Below, in pieces: positions 43,091 to 52,249 of a stretch of DNA of 64,000 bases (positions within the stretch are counted from its first letter, which is position 1; each line of letters begins with the position of its first letter). The translations under genes and the position numbers were made by a program. Origin of the DNA: Gemmatimonadota bacterium (GTDB lineage Bacteria; Gemmatimonadota; Gemmatimonadetes; Longimicrobiales; Gaopeijiaceae); the NCBI GenBank assembly GCA_021295835.1, contig JAGWBP010000007.1, forward strand, positions 36,095 through 100,094. The letters are read 5' to 3'. The notes under the pieces are model-generated. The model saw only the letters and a list, made by a program, of their open reading frames with translations. It was not told the origin of the DNA and did not search any database.

Positions 43091-43744
43091 CTACCCCATG
43101 TGCGGCCGCACCGCACGGGCGAGCGAGACCTCGATGTCCCATATGGCCGCGGCCACCGCGCGGCCGATGAGGTCCATCTTGCGGATGAGTCCGATGCGCG
43201 GCATGGCGCGCCTCAGCTCGCGCTTCGACAGCAGTTCGGCCAGGATCCCGCAGGCGTCCGCGAGACAGATGATCACGATGTCGCGCGGGGAGGGGACCAC
43301 GTCGCCGAAGAGCACCTCCATGATGCGCAGCTTGACCTCGCGTTCGGCCTTGCCGTCGATGAGCGGGTATCGGCGCGAACGGAACACCCACAGGAAGCGG
43401 CCTTCGCGGCGCTCCAGGATGCCGCGCGCCACCAAGCCGTCGATGGCGGCCTCGCGGATCCGGTCCGCGCGGCCAGCCTCGCGTTCGACCCAGAAGCGTG
43501 CGTCGCGGGTCTCGTCGGCGGATGCCACGGCGGCCAGCGTCGGATCCAGGATCTCGTCGCCCAGCGGTTCGGAACTGACCAGGATCAGCTTCTCCAAGTC
43601 GGTGTCGATGCGATCCTCGAGCGCCAGGTCCATAAGGACCCCCCCGGCGAGCGCGTAGCGGAGCGACCAGTCGGGAACTCGGAGGAGCTTGCCTTCCTCG
43701 TCGTCAAGGAGGAGGAGGATGACCTCTTCGGCGAATCTCAGCAT
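43091..43744 (-). CDS. GPP34/GOLPH3-family protein
   Basis: 217 aa. The N-terminus LRFAEEVILLLLDDEEGKL...YALAGGVLMDLAL is characteristic of GPP34. It ends 65 nt upstream of the TBDR gene on the same strand. Confidence 0.75.
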   Translation of the reverse strand: MLRFAEEVILLLLDDEEGKLLRVPDWSLRYALAGGVLMDLALEDRIDTDLEKLILVSSEPLGDEILDPTLAAVASADETRDARFWVEREAGRADRIREAAIDGLVARGILERREGRFLWVFRSRRYPLIDGKAEREVKLRIMEVLFGDVVPSPRDIVIICLADACGILAELLSKRELRRAMPRIGLIRKMDLIGRAVAAAIWDIEVSLARAVRPHMG

Positions 43745-43786
43745 GTCGTGCGCTCCAAGGGGCGAGGGTGCGCGTCCGCCGGACCG

Positions 43787-44117
43787 TCAGCTCCGGTGGA
43801 GACGATCTATCGGCGAATCGTAAATGAACCGGGACTCCTCAGAGACCGCAGCCTCGTTGAGGTGCTCCAGCGCGGCGATCGCGGAGTGGCGCACCTCTTC
43901 GCCCGCGTCGCCCCGGGAGAGGACGGAGGCCGCGAGGAGCTGCTCCGGGCCGTACTCACCAGCCGGGACCGCGCGGATTGCCGCGAGCGCGGCCACCGCC
44001 TCGGCGAGCCTCAAGGATCTGCGCGGTCTTGTCCGCGTAGTAGCAGCCTTCCTCCCGGATCGTGCGGAAGGTCTGGATGCCGATCGGGAGCCTCCGGCGC
44101 GTTCCGTCCATCTGCAT
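43787..44117 (-). pseudogene. Remnant of an AAA-ATPase-like (PF09820-type) gene: only the N-terminal ~35 codons are recognisable
   Basis: MQMDGTRRRLPIGIQTFRTIREEGCYYADKTAQI matches the conserved N-terminus (LPIGIQ.F..lRe....YVDKT) of proteins that are normally over 500 aa. The frame stops at 43956. Another frame continues with a HEAT-like tail. The family match is from memory. Confidence 0.4.
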
Positions 44118-44242
44118 CGTGCGTCCTCCCGGTGGATTCTGGCACCCCGTTGTGCACGAAGATGGCACGAACCCGGCGTCATCGCACCCGGGGGGCGCGA
44201 GCAGGTCGACCACGCTCCGGGCGTCGGAGCTTGCGGATTGCC

Positions 44243-45330
44243 CTACCGTCGCGGTTCCAGCGCCATCAGCCTGACCACGCGGACGGTTGGGACGTCCAGG
44301 TCGCCGCGTTCGATGTAGGCCATGAGTCCATCGGGACCGAAGGCATTCGGTGTGCGCAGCCCATCCGGCGGCAGAGTGCCGATGTAGTCCCCGGCGGGCG
44401 TCACGATGTCGATGGGGCCGTCGTCTCCGGCACCCGTGGGACCTGTTCGCTCCACCCAGATGCGGTCCTCCCAGTCCACCTTGATTCCGGCGAGCACCGG
44501 CACCTCGTCGGCGAACGTGAGCGACTCCGCGCCCTCCCGCCGCACGCCCATCCGGGCCGCTGGCCCGTCCGGCGACGCCTGTGGATACCGCTCCCAGTAG
44601 CGCTCGCGCTCGGCCGCCCGGATCGCTTCGTCCACGGCAAGCGGTGCGATCGGGCGCTCGATCGTGCCGGTCACCTCGCCGCCGCGACCGAGCAGCTTGA
44701 TGCGATACCCAGTCGAGTCGATCAGCGCCACGCGGCCATCGGTCAGCACATCGAGGTCGAGAGGCGGCTCGAAGGCACGGCCCGCGTAGAGCACGATCTC
44801 CCCCGGCGAAGACTCCCCCGACACGACCCCTCGGTCTCGGGGAGTTCCCAGGCGTGGTACATCGTTTCCGGGTCTCCGTCCAGCGGAAAGGGCAGAATCC
44901 ACAGGGGACGGCCTTCCTCCTCGGGCAGTACGAATCCGGCCGCCACGTTGTTCCAGTCGAAGCGCACGATCTGGGAGATGAGGAGCGATCCGTCGGGGAA
45001 GACCGCCTCCGTCAGGATCATTCCCGTCGTCGCGGGGTCGAGGTCGATGCGCCGCGCGAAGTCGCCGCCGGATTCCAGAAGATCGATGCGCCGGTCTCCA
45101 TTCCCGAACACGGTGTACGTGCCGTCGCGCGCCACGAAGAAGCTGGTGACGCCGTTGAACTCGCCGGGCCCCTCGCCCGGCCCGCCGAGCGCGCGGACCA
45201 GCGATCCGTCCGGACCGGCCACGAAGATCTGATCGCTTTGGTTGTCGAGGATGTGCAGGTTGGACTCGGCGTCGAAGTGGACGGACCCCACGTTGCCGAC
45301 GCTGGGGAGTGGGAGCGTTACACCCGGGTG
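44243..45330 (-). pseudogene. Frameshifted, N-terminally truncated paralog of the 6-bladed beta-propeller lipoprotein
   Basis: Homology to 30960-32237 is split between two frames. One is GSVHFDAESNLHILDNQSDQIFVAGPDGSLVRALGGPGEGPGEF... (ORF 44743-45291). The other is ...GEIVLYAGRAFEPPLDLDVLTDGRVALIDSTGYRIKLL... (ORF 44243-45604). The frame switch is near 44815-44840, in G/C runs. There is no signal peptide or start. Confidence 0.6.
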
Positions 45331-45482
45331 GGGGATCGCAGTGCGGTGCCCCCCGGCTTCCGCGACGGGCCTTGGGCCACGGCGGAGTCCGCGACCCGGG
45401 GGTCCGTAGGCGGATCATGGCACCTGACCGCTGCTCACTCGTCGGCGGGTTTGCTCGATGGCCGGTGAGCAGATCAGCAAAA

Positions 45483-45521
45483 TGTAAGACATAGTAGACA
45501 ATATGTAATGTAAACATGACA
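45483..45521 (+). promoter_or_regulatory. AT-rich composite motif, copy D (third half-site TGACA)
   Basis: TGTAAgacatagtagacaataTGTAAtgtaaacaTGACA. It also shares the extended pattern AAAA(T)TGTAAnnCnTAGTAGnCA...TGTAAT with copy C. It lies 220 nt upstream of the MBL/LTD gene. Confidence 0.55.
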
Positions 45522-45740
45522 ATGCGGTGATCGGGAAGGACTCCACATCGTTGCAACTCGTTGCGAGGCGGCATATGGCACTCACGGAGGCGGGCCACCC
45601 CCACCGGCGGCGGTCATCGGTGGAATCGAACCGGCCACGGTGTCGCGCATCCACGGCTTTGGCGAAGTGCGGTAGCAGCGACCGCTGGCAGGGGCGTATC
45701 GGTCTTGTCGTGAGATCGAGGCTAATCTAGGCTTGTCGGC

Positions 45741-47078
45741 ATGTTCCCGCCGAACATGCCAACGCCCGAGGCTTCACCGAGCCCCCGCAGTGTCCTGCAC
45801 CTCGGGAAGGCGGTCTTCGGACTGGCTTCGGCCTCGGTCGCACTGCTCGGTGCCTGTGCGGCCTCCCACCTCCCGGTTTCGGATGCGGACTCGCCGGTTC
45901 GTGGTTCAGGTGCCGTGCTCCGCACTGCTCGAACACCGCCCGCCGATACCGTCCTGCGGATCATGTTTCTCGATGTCGGCCAGGGCGACGCCGTGCTCAT
46001 CCGGGCACCCGAGGGACAGACAGCGCTGGTCGACGCGGGACCCGGCGACATCGTGCCGCTTCTGCGGGCGCTGGGTGTGGAGCGGATCGACCTGCTGGTC
46101 GCCACGCACCCGCACGCGGACCACATCGGCGGGATCGCGGGAGTGATCGAGTCGTTCCCCGTGCGCTTCTACATGGACAACGGCGACCCTCACACGACCC
46201 GGACCTACCGTAGGGTGCTCTCCGCACTCGACGCCCGGCCCGGCATCTCCTATCTGGAGGCCTTCCCCCGTACGATCTCGCTCGGGAGCGCGTCGATCGA
46301 GGTCCTGCCTCGGCTGCCCCCCGGCTCTGCCGGGCACAACGACCGCTCGGTTGCCTTGGTGGTCCGCTTCGGAGACTTCGAAGCGTTCCTGAGCGGAGAT
46401 TCGGAGGTGCAGCAGCTGTCGCACCTAGTGGGACTTCAGGCCGTCCCCGACGTGGCGCTCCTGAAGGCGGCGCACCACGGCAGCGACAACGGGTTCACCT
46501 GGGAATTCCTGAGTGCTGCGGCCCCGGAGGTGGTGGTGGTTTCGGTCGGACGCGACAACAGCTACGGTCATCCGCGCCCGGAGGCGCTGGCCGCTTACCG
46601 CTCCGTGGGCGCGACGGTGCTGCGGACCGACCTGCACGGGCACGTCGAGATCCGCGGACGAGTCGACGGGAGCTACCACGTCGCTCCCGAACGGCAGGTT
46701 GTGGCCCATGCCGGAGCCGAGCCGCATCTCTCGGTCGCGCCTCGGACGGCGGCGCGATTGCGTCTGCGCGTTCACGCGGATGCCCCCGGGGACGACCACC
46801 GGAACCCGAATGGGGAGTACGCCGTGCTCGAGAGCGCGGAGGTTGGCGACCGTGCAATCGGCGGCTGGAGGCTCTGCGATGCCGCGAACCACTGCTTCCA
46901 CTTCCCTCCGGGCACCGTGCTGAAGGCTGGCGGACGGATCGTGGTCCACACCGGCGCGGGGCAAGCCGACGGGCAACGCTACTACATGGGGCATCGGAGG
47001 GCGGTGTGGAACAACGCCGGGGACACGGCAACGCTGTACGACGGCACGGGGGCGGCGGTGGTCGTGTTCGGCTATTGA
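45741..47078 (+). CDS. Lipoprotein with ComEC/Rec2-type metallo-beta-lactamase domain fused to a lamin-tail (LTD) domain
   Basis: Lipobox LLGAC. MBL motifs are FLDVGQGDAVLI and LVATHPHADHIGG. The C-terminal LTD-like region is NPNGEYAVLES...GWRLCDAANHCFHFP...VWNNAGDTATLYD. Confidence 0.8.
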   Translation: MFPPNMPTPEASPSPRSVLHLGKAVFGLASASVALLGACAASHLPVSDADSPVRGSGAVLRTARTPPADTVLRIMFLDVGQGDAVLIRAPEGQTALVDAGPGDIVPLLRALGVERIDLLVATHPHADHIGGIAGVIESFPVRFYMDNGDPHTTRTYRRVLSALDARPGISYLEAFPRTISLGSASIEVLPRLPPGSAGHNDRSVALVVRFGDFEAFLSGDSEVQQLSHLVGLQAVPDVALLKAAHHGSDNGFTWEFLSAAAPEVVVVSVGRDNSYGHPRPEALAAYRSVGATVLRTDLHGHVEIRGRVDGSYHVAPERQVVAHAGAEPHLSVAPRTAARLRLRVHADAPGDDHRNPNGEYAVLESAEVGDRAIGGWRLCDAANHCFHFPPGTVLKAGGRIVVHTGAGQADGQRYYMGHRRAVWNNAGDTATLYDGTGAAVVVFGY

Positions 47079-47350
47079 GCGACCGGAACGTCTGGACCGT
47101 CGACCGCATCGAATCCGGCGTCGCTGTGATCGTGCGGGACGACGGGGAGCGGGTCGCCGAAGCGCCGCTGTCGGAGCTGCCTGCAGGCACACGCGAGGGG
47201 TCGGTGCTGCGAGTTGCCGACCGGAAAGGACGGCCAGCGTGGGACGCGGCCAGACTCGACGAGGAGCTGCGGCGGACCAGGCTCGACGAGGCGGAGCGAA
47301 TTCTCCGGCGGCTGAAGCGGCGCGACCCGGGAGGGGATGTGGCACTGTAG
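47075..47350 (+). CDS. DUF3006-like small protein
   Basis: TTG at 47075 overlaps the upstream TGA (TTGA). WTVDRIESGVAVIVRDDGERVAEAPLSELPAGTREGSVLRV resembles DUF3006, a family commonly found next to MBL-fold genes. Confidence 0.55.
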   Translation: MSDRNVWTVDRIESGVAVIVRDDGERVAEAPLSELPAGTREGSVLRVADRKGRPAWDAARLDEELRRTRLDEAERILRRLKRRDPGGDVAL

Positions 47351-47608
47351 CGCTGGCGTCGCAGGGGCCCCTTCGCACCCCCCGCCCGACTCTCCCCCCG
47401 GCCCCTTCATGCTTGTCTCCAGGTTGGAAACACTGGGAGAACGGCCACGGACGGCCACGACGGCGTACAGGGCACGCACGATCACGCAGGGTCCCGGAGC
47501 GGTCGGCCACCTGGCTGCAGGGAGCCGGGGCGTCTCCATGCGCGCCAGCGGCTGTACACCCTACGAGCGGGCACCTCCGGGTGTCGCGCGCCTAAATCGC
47601 CGACCCCC

Positions 47609-49132
47609 TCACTCCGATTCTCCGTAGACGAACTTCTCCACCGTGCCGTGGACACGCTCCAGGGTCTCCGCGGACGGTCCCCTGGTGAACGCCGAGACCA
47701 GCGCCGCCGCGCCGAAGTTGACCAGCAGACCCCAGACACCACCGTGCATGCCGAGCGGATGTGCCTCCCAGGGAAGCTCGATTCCCAGTGGCAGGGCGAT
47801 CCCAAGAGTGAGAGCGAGGGTTGCGACCCCCGCCACGATGCCCGTAGTGACGCCCGCCTTGCTGAACGAGCGGCCGCCGGGGAAGCAGACCCCCAATACG
47901 GCTGGCAGAAACTGGAGCGCCCCGGAGCCCGAGAGCGATACGATCGCCACCAGCAGGTCGCTTCCCTCCTGGATCGCGAGGAGGTAGCCGACCACGAGCA
48001 GTCCGACGACTATCGAGCGTCCCACCAGCACGTAGTGTCCCTGGCTCCTTCCCTTCGCGATGTAGCGCTGGTAGACGTCCCTGGTGAGCACCGTCATGTT
48101 GGCGTGCAGGATCGAGTCGAGCGTGGACATGGCGGCTGCGGCGGCTCCGGCCAGTATGAGTCCGGTGAGCCACGCGGGCGCATGGGCGAAGAGCAGCTCC
48201 GGGAAAATGCGGTCGGCCGCCTCGATCTCGGGCATCGCCACGGCACCGCCCATCCCTACGAGCGCAGCGGGGATGAAGAGCGTCATCAGGTAGATCGGGA
48301 TCGTGGCACCCAGGAGCTTGAGCGTCCTCCCGTCCACCGCCGTGTAGAAGCGGATCATCATGTGCGGCTGGAGGACGATCCCGAAGGAGAGCGTCACCAC
48401 CATGCCGATCCACATTCCGGGAGTGAAGAATCCGTGGGGTCCCGGGAGGGTGAGCATCTCCGGCCGCTCCGCGGCAACCGCGCGCCAGAGCTCGAGCGGT
48501 CCCCCGAAGAGCTCGAACGCCAGCACGAGAGCGCCCACCCAGATGGCGATGTACATCCACGCGCCCTGGAAGACGTCGGTCCAGTAGACGGCCCGCAGGC
48601 CGCCTATCATGAGGTGGATCGCCGCCACCGCGAGCATGACGAATATGCCGAGCTCCGCCCTCACCCGCCCGTCGGTCGCCACCTCCACGATGTAGCCGAG
48701 TGCGACCGCCTGCACCTGGATGTAGAGGATGGTGAAGAGGACGGAGACGACGGCCACAGCTATGCGCACGCCCTCGGACTCGTAGAAGTCGGCGAGCATG
48801 TCGGCCGGGGTGATGTATCCGAAGGCCTTGCCGAGCGCCCAGATGCGCGTTCCGATCACGTAGGTGCACGCGCCCACGATCACGGTCCACGCGCCTGCGG
48901 CCCAGAAGCCGACACCGTGGGTGTAGAAGAACCCGCCCGATCCGAGGAAGGCGAAGGCGGAGTGGAAGGTGGCCACCACCGTGAGGTAGAGGACGATGAA
49001 GCCCGCACGGCGGCCGCAGAGGAGGAAGTCCTCCATATCCACGGTCAGGTGGCGGTTGGCGACGATCGCCAGGCCGAGCGTGATCAGCAGGTAGACCGCG
49101 ATCAGAGTGGTTGCGACGACCCAGGTATCCAC
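47609..49132 (-). CDS. Sodium:solute symporter family (SSS) transporter
   Basis: 507 aa with about 13 TM helices and an SSS-type sequence pattern (GGLRAVYWTDVFQGAWM). Confidence 0.85.
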   Translation of the reverse strand: MDTWVVATTLIAVYLLITLGLAIVANRHLTVDMEDFLLCGRRAGFIVLYLTVVATFHSAFAFLGSGGFFYTHGVGFWAAGAWTVIVGACTYVIGTRIWALGKAFGYITPADMLADFYESEGVRIAVAVVSVLFTILYIQVQAVALGYIVEVATDGRVRAELGIFVMLAVAAIHLMIGGLRAVYWTDVFQGAWMYIAIWVGALVLAFELFGGPLELWRAVAAERPEMLTLPGPHGFFTPGMWIGMVVTLSFGIVLQPHMMIRFYTAVDGRTLKLLGATIPIYLMTLFIPAALVGMGGAVAMPEIEAADRIFPELLFAHAPAWLTGLILAGAAAAAMSTLDSILHANMTVLTRDVYQRYIAKGRSQGHYVLVGRSIVVGLLVVGYLLAIQEGSDLLVAIVSLSGSGALQFLPAVLGVCFPGGRSFSKAGVTTGIVAGVATLALTLGIALPLGIELPWEAHPLGMHGGVWGLLVNFGAAALVSAFTRGPSAETLERVHGTVEKFVYGESE

Positions 49133-49182
49133 GCGCTAGCAGCCGGCTTGGCTCGCCACCGGGTGCCCGTCGGCTCCCATGG

Positions 49183-49404
49183 CTATACTCCCCGCCGATA
49201 GGCCCAGATCAGGACGCAGATGAGGGCGCTGTAGATCGCGAGGAGGGCAATGTAGAGGAAGGGTACTCCGAAGAGCGGGAGCTCGATGCGGTTCAGCACC
49301 GAGTGCGTGAAGGGAGGCAGCGCGAGGAGGAAGAGCGCCGCGAAGGCAATCGTCGCTATGCGTCCGTCGCGGGTGCGGGGTAGGAAGCGGGAGCGCTTTG
49401 TCAT
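49183..49404 (-). CDS. DUF3311-like small membrane protein (symporter-associated)
   Basis: I chose ATG 49404. The 73-aa protein has two TM helices (IAFAALFLLALPPF, FLYIALLAIYSALICVLIWAY). It ends 50 nt upstream of the SSS gene, which is the typical pairing. Confidence 0.55.
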   Translation of the reverse strand: MTKRSRFLPRTRDGRIATIAFAALFLLALPPFTHSVLNRIELPLFGVPFLYIALLAIYSALICVLIWAYRRGV

Positions 49405-49492
49405 GAACTCAAGTGCTCGGCCCTGACGCGTAGTGAGCGCCTTCTTCGGATCGTGGGATGAGGAAGCTACCGGGAAATCGCGCGTTGACAAG

Positions 49493-49562
49493 GAGGCGCG
49501 AAGCGGTCCAGCGGGGAGGCAGCGCAGCTCCTGCCGTGGGAGGTCTGTCCACGGGCTGCTAG
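49493..49562. repeat. Extended alpha-module repeat copy
   Basis: GGAGGCGCGAAGCGGTCCAGCGGGGAGGCAGCGCAGCTCCTGCCGTGGGAGGTCTGTCCACGGGCTGCTAG matches 14655-14724 closely. Confidence 0.8.
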
Positions 49563-49743
49563 ACCAGCGTCACCATTAGTGGACAGAGCCCCCCCCAAGC
49601 TGGTCGAAATTCGACGAAGTGCGCTTGGCACGCTTCGTGCGCATACCCTCATGCCGAAGAGGATCGAATGCCACAAGCGGCTTCGCAGAGGGCACACCGG
49701 AAGATGCCCCCGCCGGGGCCGTGCGGCGCGAGGAGACCAGAAA

Positions 49744-50397
49744 ATGCTAGGCGCGAGTCTACCACAACCCAACAGTGCCGCGACAGCCGTTCTGCCCAGA
49801 GTGAGGGGCGCGGCAGGTGCGGAGTCTCGAACGGACAGCGAGGTGGTGCAGAGCTTCCTCGAGGGCGATGAGCGGGCCTTCGACGTGATCGTGCGCCGCT
49901 ACGCCGGAAAGCTGCGCAACTTCGTGGCCCGCACGGTGGGCGACCGCGCGAAGGCGGAGGACCTGGTGCAGGAGACCTTCATCAGAGTGTTCCGTCACCT
50001 GCACCGGTTCGACCAGAGCAGGAAGTTCTCCACCTGGATCTACACGATCGCCAGCAATCTGGCCAAGAACGAGCTTCGGCGCAGATCCAGGAGTCCGATC
50101 GTGCTATTCCAGACGCTTGCGAGCAACCGCGAGAAGGACGGCCGCCCCCTCGAGTGGGAGGACCCCAAGGCGCGTCCCGACGATCTCGACAGGAGGAGGC
50201 GTGCGTCCGAGACGGTGCTCGAGGCGGTTGACCTTCTTCCAGAGCACCACCGCGTCGTCTTGGTGCTCCGGGAGCTTCAGGGCCTCAGGTACGACGAGAT
50301 CGCCGAGGCCACAGGTCAGCCCGTCGGGACGGTGAAGAGCCGCCTGAGCAGGGCTCGTTGCAGCTTCGCGCGAATTGTCGCCCCGATGGTAGACTAG
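49744..50397 (+). CDS. ECF-type RNA polymerase sigma-70 family factor
   Basis: I chose ATG 49744. Region 2 is DLVQETFIRVFRHLHRFD...FSTWIYTIASN. Region 4 is LRELQGLRYDEIAEATGQPVGTVKSRLSRAR. No adjacent anti-sigma gene is recognisable. Confidence 0.8.
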   Translation: MLGASLPQPNSAATAVLPRVRGAAGAESRTDSEVVQSFLEGDERAFDVIVRRYAGKLRNFVARTVGDRAKAEDLVQETFIRVFRHLHRFDQSRKFSTWIYTIASNLAKNELRRRSRSPIVLFQTLASNREKDGRPLEWEDPKARPDDLDRRRRASETVLEAVDLLPEHHRVVLVLRELQGLRYDEIAEATGQPVGTVKSRLSRARCSFARIVAPMVD

Positions 50398-50465
50398 CGG
50401 TCCGCCTGCCAGCGGGGCGCTGCGCCGCTCTCGGTGCTCGCGCGCGATCGGCCACGGGCTGCTAG
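50397..50465. repeat. Variant alpha/beta repeat copy directly after the sigma-factor stop
   Basis: GCGGTCCGCCTGCCAGCGGGGCGCTGCGCCGCTC...CTCGCGCGCGATCGGCCACGGGCTGCTAG parallels 49499-49562, with the centre replaced by a reverse beta core. Confidence 0.55.
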
Positions 50466-50558
50466 CTTTCTGGGAGGGAGCGCCCCGCCGGGCGCGGTGC
50501 GTCATCGCCCCCCGGTTCTCGGCGCGAGTCCATTTCCGACTGCTGGCCTGGGGGGACG

Positions 50559-51527
50559 ATGCCACTCGAGAGCCGAAAGGTGCTGATCACTGGTGGTGCC
50601 GGCTTCATCGGGAGCCACCTGGCCGAGGCACACCTCGCCTGCGGCGATCGCGTCTGGATCGTGGACAACCTCTCGACCGGACGGCAGGAGAACGTCCCCT
50701 CGGACACCCAGTTCCACCTCCTCGACATTGCCTCCGAAGAGGCGGCGGCGCTTATCCGCCGAGTCGGCTTCGACGTCGTGAGCCACCAGGCAGCGCAGGC
50801 CGATGTGCGCGTCTCGGTGGCCGATCCCATGCGGGATGCCCGGACCAACATCTTGGGGCTGCTCAACGTGCTGGAGGCGGTGGCCGAGAGTGGCGCCGGG
50901 CGCGTGGTCTTCGCGTCCAGCGGGGGAGTCGTATACGGCGAGGCGGACGAGGTCCCGACTCCCGAGGGGGCACCGAAGCGACCGGCGTCTCCGTACGGAG
51001 TGGCCAAGCTGGCGGGCGAGCTCTACCTCGACTACTACCGGCAGGTCCGCGGGGTCGAACACGTCGCCCTCCGCTACGCCAACGTCTACGGCCCGCGCCA
51101 GGACCCGGGCGGCGAGGCGGGCGTCGTGGCGATCTTCGGGCGACGCCTCCTCGAGGGCAGGCCGTTGCGGATCTTCGGCGACGGTGGGCAGACGCGCGAC
51201 TACGTGCATGTGGCCGACGTGGTGGCAGCCAATCTCCTGGCTGCGGAGGCCCAACTGTCGTCGGCACCCGGCGCCGACGCCCGCGCCTACAACGTCGGCA
51301 GTGGCATCGAGACCTCGGTGAACGAGCTCGCCGATATCCTGGAGCGGGGCGCCGGGGCGCAGTGCGAGCGCCTCTGGGATGAGGCCAGGCCCGGCGAGCT
51401 CCGCCGAAGTGCGCTGGCCACCGCGAAGATTCGGGCGCTCGGGTGGAGACCCGAGGTGGCGCTGCGCGACGGCGTCGGCGGGGCCGTGGCGACGCCTTCC
51501 TCGGCGCAGGGAGTGCGAGCCGCATGA
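50559..51527 (+). CDS. NAD-dependent nucleotide-sugar epimerase/dehydratase (GalE-like SDR)
   Basis: It has the Rossmann motif ITGGAGFIGSHL and the catalytic YxxxK (SPYGVAKLAGE). 322 aa. Confidence 0.85.
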   Translation: MPLESRKVLITGGAGFIGSHLAEAHLACGDRVWIVDNLSTGRQENVPSDTQFHLLDIASEEAAALIRRVGFDVVSHQAAQADVRVSVADPMRDARTNILGLLNVLEAVAESGAGRVVFASSGGVVYGEADEVPTPEGAPKRPASPYGVAKLAGELYLDYYRQVRGVEHVALRYANVYGPRQDPGGEAGVVAIFGRRLLEGRPLRIFGDGGQTRDYVHVADVVAANLLAAEAQLSSAPGADARAYNVGSGIETSVNELADILERGAGAQCERLWDEARPGELRRSALATAKIRALGWRPEVALRDGVGGAVATPSSAQGVRAA

Positions 51528-52231
51528 CCGCGCCCTTCCAGGACCAGGCACCACAGAGCGCGGCCGACATGATCCTCGGGGCCAGCGGCCCGACCCAGGT
51601 CGTGCTGGCAGTGCTGGCGCTCTTCTCTGTCCTGTCGGTGTGGGTGATCATCTCGAAGGTGAAGCACTTCCGTGCGGTGCAGCTCGAGGGCGATGGCTTT
51701 CTGGGTCGCATGGAGGAGGTCCCCAACCTGACGGCCGCCTCCGAGGCGCTCATCGGGCTGCCCGAGTCACCCTACACCCGCCTCTTCCGCGGCGGGCTCA
51801 CCTTCTTCGCCGAGCTCAGCCCCGGTTCGCTCTTCGGATCGAGCGACGCCGAGGGGTTGTCGCTCACCCAGCTCGAGGCGCTGCGCCTAGTGATGGACAA
51901 GGTGCAGGCCGAGGAGATCGACGAGCTGGCGCACGGACTCAACTGGCTCGCGGTGATAGGGTCCGTGTCGCCGCTCCTCGGGCTGATGGGCACCGTCATT
52001 GGCATAATGAACACCTTCCTGGGAATCACCGCCGCCGGCTCGGCCAACATCAGCGCCGTAGCCCCGGGCGTCGCCGAGGCGCTGATCACCACTGTGGCCG
52101 GGCTGGCCGTCGCGATCCCGTCGGTGATCGCCTACAACCACTTCGTATCGCGTCTGCACCTCGTGAGCGGCGAGTTCGAGGGCTTCGCCAGCGAGTTCAT
52201 CGGCACGCTGGCCAAGGAGCGTCATGTCTGA
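51524..52231 (+). CDS. tolQ: MotA/TolQ/ExbB proton-channel protein
   Basis: ATG 51524 overlaps the upstream TGA (ATGA). There are three TM helices and the conserved C-terminal core LAVIGSVSPLLGLMGTVIGIM...VAPGVAEALITTVAGLAVAIP. Confidence 0.8.
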   Translation: MTAPFQDQAPQSAADMILGASGPTQVVLAVLALFSVLSVWVIISKVKHFRAVQLEGDGFLGRMEEVPNLTAASEALIGLPESPYTRLFRGGLTFFAELSPGSLFGSSDAEGLSLTQLEALRLVMDKVQAEEIDELAHGLNWLAVIGSVSPLLGLMGTVIGIMNTFLGITAAGSANISAVAPGVAEALITTVAGLAVAIPSVIAYNHFVSRLHLVSGEFEGFASEFIGTLAKERHV

Positions 52232-52249
52232 CGCCGCCGCAGTGCCGGG

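Noticed and set aside
43010-45232. Very long ORFs lying opposite to, or out of frame with, confidently called genes. Examples: 43010-45232 (+, 740 aa), 28407-30356 (-, 649 aa), 60978-62702 (-, 574 aa), 16443-18047 (+, 534 aa), 14787-16388 (+, 533 aa), 47648-49201 (+, 517 aa), 14615-16042 (-, 475 aa), 12563-13981 (-, 472 aa), 9626-11017 (-, 463 aa).
   Set aside because: Their translations are Arg/Pro/Gly/Ala-rich low-complexity strings with no motifs. Each overlaps a gene with clear family signatures. Stop-poor shadow frames are expected in GC-rich DNA.
45618-45645. Possible tRNA or tmRNA fragment: GGTTCGATTCC (T-loop-like) on the minus strand
   Set aside because: The flanking bases give only a 2-bp T-stem (GG/CC). 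No acceptor or anticodon arms can be folded. At most it is a degenerate remnant, mentioned only within the decayed-region finding.
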